A stretch of DNA of 64,000 nucleotides from Octopus sinensis (Eukaryota): positions 32,674,001 to 32,738,000 of the forward strand of contig NC_043016.1 of the NCBI RefSeq assembly GCF_006345805.1, in the 5' to 3' direction. Below, in pieces: positions 62,443-64,000 of the stretch. How positions within the stretch are numbered: position 1 is the first letter of the stretch; each line of letters begins with the position of its first letter. The position numbers and the translations under genes are program-made. The notes below the pieces were generated by a model, which worked only from the letters and a program-made list of their open reading frames with translations, did no database searches and was not told the DNA's origin.

Positions 62443-64000
62443 CAGGAAATGTGTCGAAGCCGACAGGAAGCGGCGATGCTTCCTAGGGCTAAACAGCGGT
62501 GGTGTAATCCCCTACTGTCACGTTAAGTTGACAGTATACAACCACTCTATCGCCCCAACACCGTACATATACTCTTTTACTCTTTTACTTGTTTCAGTCA
62601 TTTCACTGCAGCCATTAGGTTTCGGCCCCTAATCATCTACCGTTTTGACGTGGCGCCCCCACCCTTTCGGAGGTGTCTTCAGCTCTGGTATTGGGTGCAT
62701 GTCTTTTTTCTTTTTCTTTCTTCTGTTCCCTGGCCTCTTCGATGTATCGTCAGCGAGTGTCAGCCGGTGACTGACTGTCTTGTCAAATTTTTCCCTTTAA
62801 ATACCTGCCGCATAGGCTCCAGCAGGCAGCCCCAGCAAGTTGTCACGTGACACTGTCTCACCTTAACTGACTATATTTCTTATATTTGAAGTGGACTCAG
62901 GTGCAATGTATTTATATCAAAAACAGAATACATTTCTTCGCAGAACGTAGTTTCAATCTACGGGCCCCCAGGCTATGGGAGCGCTGCCAATATGTCCCTT
63001 CTCTGAATGGGTGATTACACAAAATTATAATGTATTATTTCATTTATTTTCTACTCTGAGTTACATCATTTCCGTTACATGATTCATCGTAGGTTATATA
63101 TTTATTATTTATTTATTATTTCTCTGCATTGGTCAGCGGCAAAAATATATACATTTCTTTACTGCCCACAAGGGGCTATACACAGAGGGGACAAACAATG
63201 GGATTAAGTCAATTATATCGACCCCAGTGCGTAACTGGTACTTATTTAATCGAACCCGAAATGATGAAAGGCAAAGTCGACCTCAGCGGAATTTGAACTC
63301 AGAATGTAGCGGCAGACGAAATACCGCTAAGCATTTCGCCTGACGTGCTAACGATTCTGCCAGCTCGGGTCAGCTTGAAATAGATAAGACATAATTAACT
63401 ACACAATATCTGCTGCAGCACTGAGATGTTAATTTATTTACTGAAAGGTGACATTTCACTCTACCGATCTTCGTAGAATCACATTTGACAAGCTACATGC
63501 ATAGATGCATGCTTTACAGATTTTTCTGGTGTCTCATTATTTGCCGTTGTCAGATTAGCAATAAGCAAATCAAATCAATGAATGTTTTCCCAACGCAGCA
63601 TAGCAAGCGAGCTTGTTTCGTGTATTCTCTCAAATATTTATTCACAAATGATTGTCGTGTTGACACCATTGTTACTTTTATGGTTATGAACAAGCTTGGT
63701 GAATCGTAAAAAAAAAGAACATTGAATACCTACTTAGTTTCGGCTTAAAAATCGATTTTGCGCCGGTCAAAATAATAATTAAAAAAAAATAAAAAATAAT
63801 AAGGTACTTGTCTATTGTCGTGGTCCAGGTTTCGCACACGCGAATTCGCGCGCGCCAGACGTAGGTACTAGATACTCGAGATCCTACGAGGTGACTTGCG
63901 CATGCGCAGTGCAGAATTCGCGCATGCGCGTTAACCCCCCCCCCTAAAAAAAAAAGGTGTTGGATTTCACTAAAAATATATATGTGTGTGTGTGTATATA

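Noticed and set aside
62620-62690. Minus-strand CUGAAGA...GAAA hammerhead candidate
   Set aside because: Stems I and III cannot be formed and there is no NUH site in the correct register.

Overview
AT-rich, microsatellite- and SINE-dense animal genomic DNA. The repeat families look like those of octopod cephalopods (Octopus-like; inferred from recalled repeat sequences, not searched). The only host gene is a minus-strand Serrate/Jagged (JAG1-type) Notch ligand: 17 exons at 44894->17934 covering EGF2 to the juxtamembrane region, with exon sizes matching those I recall for human JAG1. This copy carries three frameshifting indels and a lost EGF cysteine, and I found no EGF3 exon or TM/intracellular exon. 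Bases 1-9295, before a 100-N gap, are a near-identical copy of 49380-58672, so this is either a false haplotype duplication or a recent tandem duplication. Mobile elements include two Penelope-like elements, an RTE LINE, CR1-group 3' ends, a head-to-tail Helitron dimer and many tRNA-derived SINEs. The most striking unexplained structure is a recurring set of snap-back palindromes and inverted repeats associated with minimal hammerhead ribozymes, several in the sense orientation of the Jagged pre-mRNA. The largest is a ~560-bp-arm hairpin whose left arm was split by the Helitron dimer. No rRNA, true tRNA gene or CRISPR array is supported.
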